DNA from: Anaerolineales bacterium | GTDB lineage: Bacteria > Chloroflexota > Anaerolineae > Anaerolineales > E44-bin32 | NCBI GenBank assembly: GCA_035455265.1 | Contig: DATIFK010000002.1 | Coordinates: 3,436-67,435 of the forward strand | Length of the DNA: 64,000 nt | Reading direction: 5' to 3' | Shown: one piece after another, positions 27,102 to 34,920 of the stretch | Position numbering within the stretch: the stretch's first letter is position 1 | Layout: every line of letters starts with the position of its first letter | The notes under the pieces: generated by a model | Databases searched by the model: none | What the model was told of the DNA's origin: nothing | Seen by the model: only the letters and a program-made list of their open reading frames with translations | Position numbers and translations under genes: made by a program

Positions 27102-28118
27102 CTACGGCCCCGTTGGGCGCAGCCCTGCGGCCGCCTCCTGCTCCGCCAGCAGCGTCTCACGCCAGGCCTGATCCGCCGGGCGAAACCGGAGGCCAAGCTC
27201 TGTCTCGGCCTTCTTCGAAGAATACTGAAACGATACGTAACCGCTGCGAACGACCTCGGTCGAAATGAAGGCGGGCTGGCCGAAGAGGCGCAGCAGCGGC
27301 CCCAACAGGAACCCCTGGCCCAGCGCCAATGGCCTCGGCATCCACAACCCCACGGGCCTTCGCCCGAGGGTCGCCTCCCACACGCCCATCAGTTGGCGCA
27401 GCGACAGGATATGGCCGGCGAGGAAGTACGTCTCCCCGACGTGGCCGCGCTTGGCCAGGGAGGCCAGGCCGTCGGCGACGTCCTCCACGTGGGCGAAGGT
27501 GAACGTCCCCTCCGGCGCCCAGGCGATGGGAGGCATGCGCCGGCGCACGTACAAACGCGCCATGACGCCAAAGGCCGAGTGGTCGCCCGGGCCGATGACC
27601 TGAGCCGGGCAGGCGACGATCACGTCTTCGCCGGCGGCCTGGTGCCGTAGCGCCAACCGGTGGGCCTCCGTCTTCGTCTTTTCGTAGATCGAAAGCTCGG
27701 GGCTGCGCCGCTCGAACGATTCGTCGGCGATGGTCCCGCCCGTGTCCCCCAGGGCGGTCGTCGTCGAGATGTAGATCGTGCGCCGGACGCCGGCCTCGGC
27801 CGCCAGCGTCAGCGCGTGCTCGGTACCTTCGACATTGACGGCTCGCATGGCGCGGTGAAGGCGGCGTGGCACACCCAGTTCGTACCAGCCGGCTACGTGG
27901 AAGAACACATCCGGCCGGGCGACCTCGAGGGCGGCCTTGACGCTCTCGCGGGCCGTCACGTCTCCCAGCAGCAACCGCACCCCTTGGGCCGCCAGGCGCC
28001 TCGCCGCAGGGCTGTCCGGCCGGCGGGTCACGACGTACGTCTCCCAGCGGCGCGCCAAGGCCTTGTCCGTCAGGCTCCGCCCGATGAATCCGGTGCCGCC
28101 GCTGATCAGCACTCGCAT
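27102..28118 (-). CDS. Extended-SDR NAD(P)-dependent epimerase/dehydratase family protein, paralog 3 (divergent)
   Basis: Rossmann motif ISGGTGFIGRS, catalytic YEKTK, and PAQVIGPGD. Confidence 0.8.
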   Translation of the reverse strand: MRVLISGGTGFIGRSLTDKALARRWETYVVTRRPDSPAARRLAAQGVRLLLGDVTARESVKAALEVARPDVFFHVAGWYELGVPRRLHRAMRAVNVEGTEHALTLAAEAGVRRTIYISTTTALGDTGGTIADESFERRSPELSIYEKTKTEAHRLALRHQAAGEDVIVACPAQVIGPGDHSAFGVMARLYVRRRMPPIAWAPEGTFTFAHVEDVADGLASLAKRGHVGETYFLAGHILSLRQLMGVWEATLGRRPVGLWMPRPLALGQGFLLGPLLRLFGQPAFISTEVVRSGYVSFQYSSKKAETELGLRFRPADQAWRETLLAEQEAAAGLRPTGP

Positions 28119-28261
28119 ACGGCGGCCTTCACTTCGGATCTTAGGGAGAGTCCTCCTCGACCCCCACCCCTCACCCTCGCGGAGCAGCCTGGAAGGCCTC
28201 CCCCGGACGGGTCAAGCCTCCCCTGGACGAGCCGATTCCGGGGGAGGGGAAGAGTTTTGAA

Positions 28262-28292
28262 GGAGGCGGGGAGCCTTCGGCTCCCCGCCTCC
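28262..28292 (-). terminator. Strong GC hairpin downstream of sbcC
   Basis: GGAGGCGGGGAGCC-TTCG-GCTCCCCGCCTCC gives a 13-bp stem. On the minus strand it is followed by TTCAAAACTCTTCC. Confidence 0.45.
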
Positions 28293-28448
28293 TTTGGATG
28301 CTCCCCCTCTCCACCACGGAATACTCTGTCGACGGTCGTTTCCCGGCGGAGAGGCCCACAGGGCTGCTTCGCGAGGGGCAGGGGGAGAGGTGGGAACCTT
28401 CTCTCATGGGATGAGCGCAAGGATCTCTTCATGAATCCATCCATGACA

Positions 28449-30542
28449 CTAGCTCAGGTTGTAGACCGAGCCTTCCGCCGTCTTGCGGATCTCGATCCGC
28501 ACGGGGAAGGCATCCTTCAATTCGTCGATGTGGGTGATGACCAGGATGCGGTCGAAGTCGTCCTGGATGCTGTTGATCGTCGCCACGAGCTGCTCCCGGC
28601 CGCGGGTGTCCTGCGAACCGAAACCCTCATCGATGAACAGGCAGCGCAGCTGTGCGCCCGCCCGGCGGGCCAACAGCCGCGACAAAGCAATGCGGACGGC
28701 GAAGTCGATGCGGAAGGCCTCACCGCCGGAGTACAGCTCGTAAGCGCGCGTGCCCAGCTCATCCGAGATCAGGATATCCAACGCCTCGCGCAGCTCACCT
28801 TCCTTGCTTTCGCGCTGGGTTTCGATGCGCACGTGCATGCGTCCGTCGGTCATGCGTCCCAGCAACTCGTTGGCGGCCCGCTCCAATTCAGGGACGACGG
28901 TCTCGATGACCATGGCCGGAACGCCGCGCTTGCCGAACGCTTGCCGAAGGTCCTCGAATAGACCGCGCTCCAGGTCGAGGCGCTGGCGCTCGGCCAGACG
29001 GGTCTCGCGCTGCTTGCCAAAGGCCTCGAGGGCATGCAATTGCTGGCGGGCCCCGCCGACGCGTTCGTCGGCCAGGCGCTTCTCCAGGCGCAGGCGGTCG
29101 AGGTCGGCTTGGGTCAATGACGCGGCGTGCAAGCGCGCTTCGCTCTCGTCGGCGCGCCGTTCCAGGTCGGCGCGGGCCGCCTGGTCCGCCACAGCATCCT
29201 GCTCCCAACGCGCCAGCCGCGCTTCCAGGGCGCGCGCCCGTTCCCCCGCCGCCTCGGCGTGCTGCCAGGCGGCCTCCAGCTCGCCGCGGCGCTTCTCCAG
29301 GCCGGGCCGCTCGCGCAGGCGCGCCTGCAAGCCGGCCTGCTGCCGCTCGAGATCCACGGCACGCGATTCGATCTCCCGCAACTGAGCCTGGTGGACCCGG
29401 TAGGCCTCTCGTCGCGCCTCGAGATCGGACTGAATCTCGTCGACGAGGCGGTGGCGGTGGTCTTCCGTGAGAGTCTGACCGCAGGTGGGGCACGTCGGGG
29501 ATTGCGACGCCTGGAGGACACTCAAGCGATTCTTGAGCGGGTCGCTTTCCGCCACCATGGCCTGGTTCAAGCCCTTCAGGTGCGCCGCTCCGGTACGAGC
29601 CTCGCCGAGTGATGCGGTGACCTGCTCCAGCTCGGTATCGATCGTCCCGAAGACTTCGAGCGCGCGGCGGACCTCCGTCAGCGCCGCCTCGAGAGCCACG
29701 CGGTCGGCCTGAGCCTGAACGGCAGCCAACTCCTGCGCCGCCTCGGCTCGCTCGCGCTCGGCCGTGACGATCCGCCGGGTGAGGTCATCGATCTGGCGCT
29801 GCAGGGAGACCAGCTCGGTGCGCGTCTGCTCCAGATCGGCCCACTGGCGCTCGGCCTGATCGAGCCGCGCCGCGGTCGAATCGGCCTCCGCCTGGGCCGC
29901 CTCGAGGATCGCCCGATATTCCGGCTCCCGCCGCAGCTCGGCTTCGACCTCTTGCAGCCATCCTTCCAGGCGCTGAATGGCGGCGCGCGTTTCTCCGATG
30001 CGGTCGCGGGCGCGCTGCTCGAAGACATCCCAGCGCTCCAGGCCGAGGATCTTGCCCAACACCTGCTTGCGTTCGGCGGGCGTCTTGCGGGTGAACTCAT
30101 CGGCGTGACCCTGCACCAGCAGGGCCGAGTTGACGAAGGTCTCATAGTCGAGGCGCAGCAACTCGTCGATCGCCTGCTGCGTCTCGCGCACGCCGCCTTC
30201 CGACAGCCCGCGCCAGCTCTGCACACTGGCGTCCCAGCCCTGGAACTCCAGCAGGCTGGCGCCGCGGCCGCCGGCCTTGCGCTGGCGCAGCACGCGATAG
30301 CGGCCGCCGCTCTGGTCGAACGTCAGGGCCACGCGCATCTCGGTCTCGCCCTGGTGAATCAGGTCATCGGCGCTGTTGCTGCGCGCCTTGCCCCACAACG
30401 CCCAGGTGATGGCATCGAAGATGGACGACTTGCCGGATCCGTTGGGGCCGGCCAGGCAGGCGATGTGGATTCCATCGAGGCTGAGCGGACCGGGATGCCG
30501 GTAGGGAAGGAAGTTCTCGATGTCGAGCTCGACGGGGATCAT
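28449..30542 (-). CDS. sbcC: SbcC/Rad50-type DNA double-strand-break repair ATPase
   Basis: Walker A GPNGSGKSS, a long coiled coil with the zinc hook CPTCGQ, and C-terminal LFIDEGFGSQD. Confidence 0.9.
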   Translation of the reverse strand: MIPVELDIENFLPYRHPGPLSLDGIHIACLAGPNGSGKSSIFDAITWALWGKARSNSADDLIHQGETEMRVALTFDQSGGRYRVLRQRKAGGRGASLLEFQGWDASVQSWRGLSEGGVRETQQAIDELLRLDYETFVNSALLVQGHADEFTRKTPAERKQVLGKILGLERWDVFEQRARDRIGETRAAIQRLEGWLQEVEAELRREPEYRAILEAAQAEADSTAARLDQAERQWADLEQTRTELVSLQRQIDDLTRRIVTAERERAEAAQELAAVQAQADRVALEAALTEVRRALEVFGTIDTELEQVTASLGEARTGAAHLKGLNQAMVAESDPLKNRLSVLQASQSPTCPTCGQTLTEDHRHRLVDEIQSDLEARREAYRVHQAQLREIESRAVDLERQQAGLQARLRERPGLEKRRGELEAAWQHAEAAGERARALEARLARWEQDAVADQAARADLERRADESEARLHAASLTQADLDRLRLEKRLADERVGGARQQLHALEAFGKQRETRLAERQRLDLERGLFEDLRQAFGKRGVPAMVIETVVPELERAANELLGRMTDGRMHVRIETQRESKEGELREALDILISDELGTRAYELYSGGEAFRIDFAVRIALSRLLARRAGAQLRCLFIDEGFGSQDTRGREQLVATINSIQDDFDRILVITHIDELKDAFPVRIEIRKTAEGSVYNLS

Positions 30543-31795
30543 CGCCGCGCACCCGGCCTCGTCGCCGACTCGGACGGAGTCTCGGCCAGCAGGTCGGCCG
30601 CCCGGGCCATCAGTTCCTTCAGGCGCGGCTCCGACTCGCCGCGCAGGCGGAAGTACTGCTCGACCAGTTGCAGGGGCGTGAAGGTTTCCAGGGCGGCGTC
30701 CCCCAACCGCGCCCGCATCTCGCTCTCGATCTGGCGCACCAGGGAGTGCGTGCTGGCCCCGGACAGCGCCGCATCGATCTCGCGCTCATGCAGCTGCGCC
30801 TGTTGGTCGGCGCGCATCGTCACCAGAAGGCGAACGACCGTGCCCTCCACCGTCTTCGGGTCGACGGCCTGCAGCACGGCCGCCGTCGGGTCGTCGGCCT
30901 GGCTCACGTCCACGCGAAACGTCCGAAACGGCCGGGCGGCCACCGGCTGAAACGTCCAACTCGTCTTTCCCCGCTCCAGTTCGATCCAACAGAAGCCCTT
31001 GGTCTCGTCCTCCTCCCCGAAGTCGATGCGTTCCAGCGAGCCGCTGTAGACGATCGGCGGGTAGCCGCCGGGGTTGAGGACCTGGTGCTTGTGGATGTGC
31101 CCGAGGGCGACGTAGTCCCAGGCCGCGTCCGTCAGGGTCGAGCTGAACACGGCCACGTCGTTCCCGAGCATCACCGACCGCTCCGAGCCCAGCCGTGCCT
31201 CCGCCACCGACAGGTGGCCCGCCAGCAGCCGCGGCATGGCCTGCTCCCGCGCCGTCTCGGTCAGGCCGGCGACGATGTCGGCCACCGTTTGGCGCAGGGC
31301 GCTCTCCAACTCGTCGATCGTCTTGCCGACATGCTCGTCGCGGGAGAGCAGGCGGTTGCGCATCGGATAGGGGATCCACGCCAGATAGACGGGACCGCGA
31401 CGCGTCTCGACGACCCGCCCCCCGGGCTTGTCGCCGACGATCACGTCCGGCACGTCCAGCGCTTGAAAGATGTCAACGCTGCTGGCCTTGGTGGCGACGC
31501 CGGGCATGTCGTGGTTGCCCACCAGCAGCAGCGTCGGCATGTGATCGGCCAGCCGCTTGATGCGCTGGGCGAACTCGCGTTGCTGCGTGGGCTCGGGGTC
31601 GCGGCTCTTGAAGGCGTCTCCGGCGAAGACGGCCAGGTCGCCGTCGTGGGCGATGGCGAAGTCGATGACTTCGTCGAGGCGGTCGAGGAAGTCGCGCACG
31701 CGGCTGGAGGTGCCCGTGGCGGGGTCCAGCTGTCCGTAGTTCTCCATGCCGACGTGGACGTCGGCGAAGTGGAGGACGCGTACCGGCTCGGTCAT
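30539..31795 (-). CDS. sbcD: SbcD/Mre11-type nuclease
   Basis: Phosphoesterase motifs HFADVH, GDAFKS, GNHD and GHIH. Its stop overlaps the sbcC ATG (ATGA). Confidence 0.9.
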   Translation of the reverse strand: MTEPVRVLHFADVHVGMENYGQLDPATGTSSRVRDFLDRLDEVIDFAIAHDGDLAVFAGDAFKSRDPEPTQQREFAQRIKRLADHMPTLLLVGNHDMPGVATKASSVDIFQALDVPDVIVGDKPGGRVVETRRGPVYLAWIPYPMRNRLLSRDEHVGKTIDELESALRQTVADIVAGLTETAREQAMPRLLAGHLSVAEARLGSERSVMLGNDVAVFSSTLTDAAWDYVALGHIHKHQVLNPGGYPPIVYSGSLERIDFGEEDETKGFCWIELERGKTSWTFQPVAARPFRTFRVDVSQADDPTAAVLQAVDPKTVEGTVVRLLVTMRADQQAQLHEREIDAALSGASTHSLVRQIESEMRARLGDAALETFTPLQLVEQYFRLRGESEPRLKELMARAADLLAETPSESATRPGARR

Positions 31796-31817
31796 GGGAG
31801 AGTGGACGGGCAGGCGC

Positions 31818-32279
31818 CTATTGGGGCCGGTCGATGGCGGGCCGCTCCATGCCGAGCATGCTCAGGCACAAGAACAACTCACCGCGATGATGAATGACCT
31901 GTTCGAGAACGTGCCACAGGATCCACCCGAGCATGGGCGTTCCATCGTCGGGCACCTGCACAATGCGATCGAGATCGCCGAGCTCGAGCGTGGCCAGGTA
32001 GGCCATGGTCTCCTTGTGAACGCGCTCCAGGTTGGCGCGCAGCGAGGCGACGTTGTCCCCCAGGGAACGTTCGTCCGGCCAGGCCGGCAGGGCACGGCGG
32101 ATCACGAATTGGATCCACCCCTCTTCCAGGTTGATGATGTGGCGCAGGATGTCGCCGACCGTCCGGGGATACTGCTCCGAGGGACGGAACTCCAGCTGGG
32201 CGTCCTTCAGCATGGCGACGCCGCGCAACAGATCGCGATGGACCACCGGCCAATGGTCGAAGTATTCGGCTAGGTTCAT
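31818..32279 (-). CDS. DinB-family protein
   Basis: 153 aa with a four-helix DinB pattern: an N-terminal helix, GDILRHIINLEEGW, and WHVLEQVIHHRGE. Confidence 0.7.
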   Translation of the reverse strand: MNLAEYFDHWPVVHRDLLRGVAMLKDAQLEFRPSEQYPRTVGDILRHIINLEEGWIQFVIRRALPAWPDERSLGDNVASLRANLERVHKETMAYLATLELGDLDRIVQVPDDGTPMLGWILWHVLEQVIHHRGELFLCLSMLGMERPAIDRPQ

Positions 32280-32869
32280 TCGTTGGCCTCCACCCGCGTC
32301 ATCCAGCGTTCCAACCCGGCAGGCGGCTGATAGACCACCAGGTGATCCAGGAGCGCTTCCGGTTCCTCGGCGTGAACGTACAGGCCCCGGTGTTCGGGAT
32401 AGATGAAGCCTTCAGCGGCAGCTCGGTCCATCCACTCCAGGAGCGAGTGGAAGTAATCGTTGTGATTCAACAACCCGACCGGGCGCGCATGGAGCCCGAT
32501 CTGCGCCCACGTCAAAACCTCGAACAGCTCTTCCATCGTGCCGAACCCGCCCGGCAGGGCCACAAAGGCGTCGCTCAGCTCGATCATCATCGCCTTGCGG
32601 TCATGCATCGAGTCGACCACGCGCAGCTCCTGGAGGCGGCCGTGGCGGAGCACCGGCGTATCGAAGAGACGCGGCATGATCCCGATCACCTGTCCCCCAT
32701 GGTCCAGCACGCCGTCGGCCAGCGCGCCCATCAACCCCGTGCCTCCACCACCGTAAACCAGCGTCAGCCCTCGCCGCGCCAGGACCGCCCCCATCGAACG
32801 GGCGATGTCGAGATACGGCGCAGCGACTCCGTCGCTCGAGCCGCAGAAGACGCACACGCGCTCGATCAC
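32276..32869 (-). CDS. LOG-family (TIGR00730) nucleotide phosphoribohydrolase
   Basis: Motifs VFCGSS, GGGGTGLMG and PGGFGTMEELFE. The GTG start overlaps the HIT stop and the stop overlaps the DinB ATG. Confidence 0.85.
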   Translation of the reverse strand: MIERVCVFCGSSDGVAAPYLDIARSMGAVLARRGLTLVYGGGGTGLMGALADGVLDHGGQVIGIMPRLFDTPVLRHGRLQELRVVDSMHDRKAMMIELSDAFVALPGGFGTMEELFEVLTWAQIGLHARPVGLLNHNDYFHSLLEWMDRAAAEGFIYPEHRGLYVHAEEPEALLDHLVVYQPPAGLERWMTRVEANE

Positions 32870-33315
32870 GTCCCGACCGCCTCGGCCAGGCTGCGCCGCA
32901 GGCGCGCCGCTGCGGCCTCAAGCCCGCCCCGGTCCGGCGTCGGGCGGCTTCCCAGCGGGATGCGCAGGCCAAATCCATCGCCCAGCGTGCGAGGGATGAC
33001 GTGCAGGTGGCAGTGGAAGACACTCTGACCGGCGGCCGCCCCGTCGGCGAGGTGTAGGTTGACCCCATCGACGCGCCGAGCCTCGCTCTGCATCGCCAGC
33101 GCCAGACGCCGCGCCACGGAGAACATGCGCGCGCCGCTGTCGGGATCGAGCGCCGCCAGCCCGGAGGCGTGCCGCTTGGGCACAACCAGGCAGTGGCCTT
33201 CGGCCACCGGATGCGAATCCAGGAAGGCCAGCACCAGGTCGTCGTCGTAGACCACGCTGGCCTCCGCCTGCCCGCGGGCGATGCGGCAGAAGATGCAGCT
33301 CTTGGAGTCGTCCAT
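32866..33315 (-). CDS. HIT (histidine triad) family hydrolase
   Basis: CIFCRI near the N terminus and the histidine triad HCHLHVIP. ATG 33315 is preferred. The longer TTG 33387 start abuts the repeat hairpin. Confidence 0.8.
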   Translation of the reverse strand: MDDSKSCIFCRIARGQAEASVVYDDDLVLAFLDSHPVAEGHCLVVPKRHASGLAALDPDSGARMFSVARRLALAMQSEARRVDGVNLHLADGAAAGQSVFHCHLHVIPRTLGDGFGLRIPLGSRPTPDRGGLEAAAARLRRSLAEAVGT

Positions 33316-33389
33316 CCGGATGAGGGTGAGGCCGGCTGACCGCGCGCCGGCGCGACGAGGGATTTTACCATCAGGACACTCACCCAAAT

Positions 33390-33445
33390 GGTTTCCAGTC
33401 TCCAGTTGCCAGTTTCCAGTGGACTGGGAACTGGAAGCTGGGAAC
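33390..33445. repeat. Heptanucleotide tandem-repeat hairpin in a divergent intergenic region
   Basis: GGTTTCCAGTCTCCAGTTGCCAGTTTCCAGT is immediately followed by GGACTGGGAACTGGAAGCTGGGAAC. Confidence 0.85.
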
Positions 33446-33473
33446 TTGAACCCAAGGTCGGTGCAACGGCCCG

Positions 33474-33482
33474 TGTTATTCT
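33474..33482 (+). promoter_or_regulatory. Putative extended -10 element TGTTATTCT
   Basis: Lies 18 nt upstream of ATG 33501. Confidence 0.3.
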
Positions 33483-33500
33483 TCGTGCCCGAGCAGATCC

Positions 33501-34103
33501 ATGGCCGGACCCGTCCTCGCGTTCATCGCCGTCGCCGCGTATGCCGCCTTACACAGCCTGTTGGCCAGCCGGTGGGCCAAGGCCCGCGCCCGGGCGCTGC
33601 TGGGCGGGGCGGCGGAGCGTGTCTACCGCCTGATCTTCAACGTCATCGGCGCCATCACGTTCCTGCCCGTGCTCGCCGTACTGGCGCTCGAGCCGGGCCG
33701 GAGACTGTATGCCGTTCCCTGGCCCTGGAGCATTCTCTTTGTGGCAGGTCAGGCGGTTGCGGCGGCTTGCGTCGCCGTCGGCATCTGGCAAACCGACGCG
33801 CTCCACTTTCTCGGCTTGCGTCAGCTGATGCCGAGCGACCGCGAGACGCCCTCGCTGGTCACGACCGGACTGTACCGCTACGTTCGGCACCCGCTCTACA
33901 CGGCCGGGATGGCCTTCCTGTGGCTGACCCCCCTGATGACCACCACGCTGCTGGCGGTTGATCTCGCGCTGACCGCTTACTTCTACCTCGGCACGTTCCA
34001 CGAGGAGGCTCGCCTGCGGGCCGAGTTCGGCGAGGCCTATGCCGAATACCAACGGCGCGTGCCGCGGCTCATCCCGAGGCTCCTTCGCCCGGCGGCCGAC
34101 TAG
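33501..34103 (+). CDS. Isoprenylcysteine carboxyl / phospholipid methyltransferase-family membrane protein
   Basis: Five TM helices and the motif GLYRYVRHPLYTAGMAF...EEARLRAEFGEAY. Confidence 0.7.
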   Translation: MAGPVLAFIAVAAYAALHSLLASRWAKARARALLGGAAERVYRLIFNVIGAITFLPVLAVLALEPGRRLYAVPWPWSILFVAGQAVAAACVAVGIWQTDALHFLGLRQLMPSDRETPSLVTTGLYRYVRHPLYTAGMAFLWLTPLMTTTLLAVDLALTAYFYLGTFHEEARLRAEFGEAYAEYQRRVPRLIPRLLRPAAD

Positions 34104-34430
34104 CAGGTTGGGGAAACGCGGGCTCGCACTTCATACCCCCACCCCTTACCCCTCCCCCTGCCTGGGCTCGGCTTCTCTCGCGCAAGTCCACTGCAGGGGG
34201 AGGGGTGTCTATTTCTGGGGGATGGGGGGTGAGGTGGAGAACGTATTCTTCCGCAACCCGCGAGGCCGTTCCTCACGGGCGGTGGGCTCGCCATTGCGCC
34301 GCCGTGGGGTCGGCGGTATATTCGCACCTCCTCGCGGTGAGGAACGCAGTTCGAACGACCATCCTGACCTGAACGAAACCAACTGGGGCGGCCGTGGCCC
34401 CAGCCCATGCCCACCCGACCCGGAGGCCGT

Positions 34431-34919
34431 ATGTACCGCTGGATCGTCTACCTTCACATCCTCGCCGTCTTCATCTTCCTCTTGGCCCATGGGGGTTCCG
34501 CCAGCGCCGTCTTCCGTATCCGGCGTGAGTCGGAGCGTTCTCGACTGGCAGCACTGCTCGACCTTTCCAGCGCAGGGCTCGGCGTGAGCTATGCCTCGTT
34601 GCTGATCCTACTGATCGCCGGCATCATCCTTGGCTTCGTCGGCCACTGGTGGGGTCAGGGTTGGATCTGGACCTCCCTCATTCTTCTCGTTCTCACGCTC
34701 GTCGGGATGTACCTTCGCAGCTCGATGCCGATGAACCGCTTACGCCAGGCAGCCGGGCTGCCCTACTTCGACGGACGGCGCGCTCAACCTGCCGCCACCC
34801 CGGCCAGCGACGAGGTCATCCGGGCCGCCGCAGCCGGCATGCGCCCCGTCGAGGTCGCCGCCATGGGAGTGGTGCCCATCGCCATCATCCTGTGGCTGAT
34901 GATGTTCAAGCCGTTCTAG
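34431..34919 (+). CDS. Small integral membrane protein (DUF2269-like)
   Basis: Four TM helices. ATG 34431 (MYRWIVYLHILAV...) is preferred over ATG 34407. Confidence 0.55.
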   Translation: MYRWIVYLHILAVFIFLLAHGGSASAVFRIRRESERSRLAALLDLSSAGLGVSYASLLILLIAGIILGFVGHWWGQGWIWTSLILLVLTLVGMYLRSSMPMNRLRQAAGLPYFDGRRAQPAATPASDEVIRAAAAGMRPVEVAAMGVVPIAIILWLMMFKPF

Positions 34920-34920
34920 G

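Noticed and set aside
28449-31795. The SbcC/SbcD pair as part of an anti-phage defence system (SMC/Rad50-like defence ATPases).
   Set aside because: It is a canonical Mre11-type phosphoesterase plus a Rad50-type ATPase with a CPTC zinc hook. The genes overlap in the usual order, and there are no extra effector or sensor genes and no mobile-element context.
34340-34365. A TTCGAA-containing segment as the T-arm of a tRNA or tRNA-like gene.
   Set aside because: It lacks the GGTTCGAATCC-type T-loop context, and no acceptor or anticodon stems can be drawn around it.
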